24,000 bases of DNA, taken from Brevibacillus phage Jenst. The notes below the pieces were generated by a model that was given only the letters and a program-made list of their open reading frames with translations, was not told the origin of the DNA and made no database searches. Within the stretch, counting starts at the first letter, position 1. The number at the start of each line of letters is the position of its first letter. Shown here piece after piece: positions 22,960-24,000 of the stretch. A program made the position numbers and the translations under genes. The stretch lies in the sequence record NC_028805.1; one strand, 5' to 3'.

Positions 22960-23121
22960 ATGATAGTGGTAGAAAGACTAGGCAATTATAAAGTAGCAAA
23001 AGACGGTACAAGTTACTACAGAGTATTCAGAGGGAGAAAAAGAATAGGCTCTTTCCTTCAATTGGAAGATGCTAGTAAATATATGAACTCAGATCATGCA
23101 AGAACACAAGCCCAAACATAA
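22960..23121 (+). CDS. small hypothetical protein, 53 aa (not in ORF track)
   Basis: My reading: MIVVERLGNYKVAKDGTSYYRVFRGRKRIGSFLQLEDASKYMNSDHARTQAQT*. GTTGAGGA SD and terminator at the stop. Confidence 0.6.
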   Translation: MIVVERLGNYKVAKDGTSYYRVFRGRKRIGSFLQLEDASKYMNSDHARTQAQT

Positions 23122-23136
23122 GGGCTTCTTTTTTTT
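23108..23136 (+). terminator. rho-independent terminator
   Basis: AAGCCC(23108-23113)-AAACATAA-GGGCTT(23122-23127)-CTTTTTTTT, overlapping the stop codon of the last plus-strand ORF. Confidence 0.82.
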
Positions 23137-24000
23137 GTATTGGGCGGCTCTCCCCCACCGAAAGCCTGCTTATAGCCCTGTATCTCCATATACATATATA
23201 ACTCTAATTGTCAATAGTCATCAAACCTCCTAGAATGCCCTGTATTGTATTCTACCTCTCCCCTAGTACATTTACCCTCAGAACTCGCTAGGACAAAAAG
23301 CATACATTCTCCAATAAGTCAACCTATTGACAAAAATAAATCTTTCGTTCTAGCTGGTTGCGGGCGGCATTCCCCAACTGAAGCCATGTATCCAATAGTA
23401 CTAGTATAGATATAGATCATATAGAACCACATACAAATGTATCTATAAATCACCCTTGTACTTAACCCCTCATCTATATACTTACCTCTCTCTCTAATCC
23501 CTTTACAACGTCTTGAATAAGTACCCCTATATTTTAACCTGTATCTCTCTTCCCTATTTGTTTGCTTATCTATTGATAAATACAGTATAGATAATAGTTT
23601 TCATATGTGCAGATGGGTCTGTATTTCAACCTGAAAATATTACCTTCGCTGCCTCTCTTTTTCACCTCATAGAATGGGCGTACACAAACGAAACATATCC
23701 AGTGAATAAGAATATAGGGACAACACGTAAAAGAGCGTTCAAGGGCAATACAGGCGCTCACAGACGCATTACGTACATTCGTTCCCGTATAGATGTCTGC
23801 CATGTACTTACAAGAGTAGTTCTTCTCTCCTCTCCCCTATAAGCGGAACTCGATGTCAAGTACCAGAAACAGGAAAATAATAGCCCACGTGACCCTGTTT
23901 TGGTCACATAATGCTGTATTATGAGACCATAGCGCCTGAACATTTTACAACTACCCCACCCAGTGCCGAATGAATTCATTTTTCAGTCTCAGCGGCGGTT

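Noticed and set aside
23570-23979. Minus-strand ORFs 23570..23803 and 23758..23979
   Set aside because: Cys/Tyr-rich, low-plausibility translations overlapping each other, with no clear SD. They may be chance ORFs.
1-24000. Integrated mobile elements (transposase, integrase, terminal inverted repeats)
   Set aside because: No transposase or integrase motifs found in any listed frame, and no paired terminal repeats noticed.

Overview
The window looks like the early/replication region of a bacteriophage or prophage from a Bacillota host. That assignment is inferred from gene content, strong AGGAGG Shine-Dalgarno sites and promoter style, not from any search. From about 25 to 17338 almost all supported genes are on the minus strand: a sigma-like factor, a CHC2/Toprim primase, a DnaB-like helicase, a divergent ThyX, a DnaC/DnaI-like loader, an HTH replication-initiator-like protein, RtcB RNA ligase, a SNF2-like helicase, an XRE-like regulator, an M42/M20/M28-like metallopeptidase and many small unknowns. 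From about 18573 to 23121 genes are on the plus strand: a protein with a multi-CxxCxGxG zinc-finger domain, an ADP-ribosyltransferase-like protein and small unknowns. The strands diverge at a non-coding region of about 1.2 kb (17.4-18.57 kb) carrying tandem TTTGTCAA/GATC repeats. The strongest undescribed-looking signal is a dispersed family of promoters. Each has its -35 box inside a palindrome (consensus GGGGTATTGwCAATACCCC), usually followed by AAACATG and TATAAT. It occurs at about 10 sites on both strands, often just downstream of a hairpin/terminator. Coordinates and structures were read by eye. No searches or folding were run.
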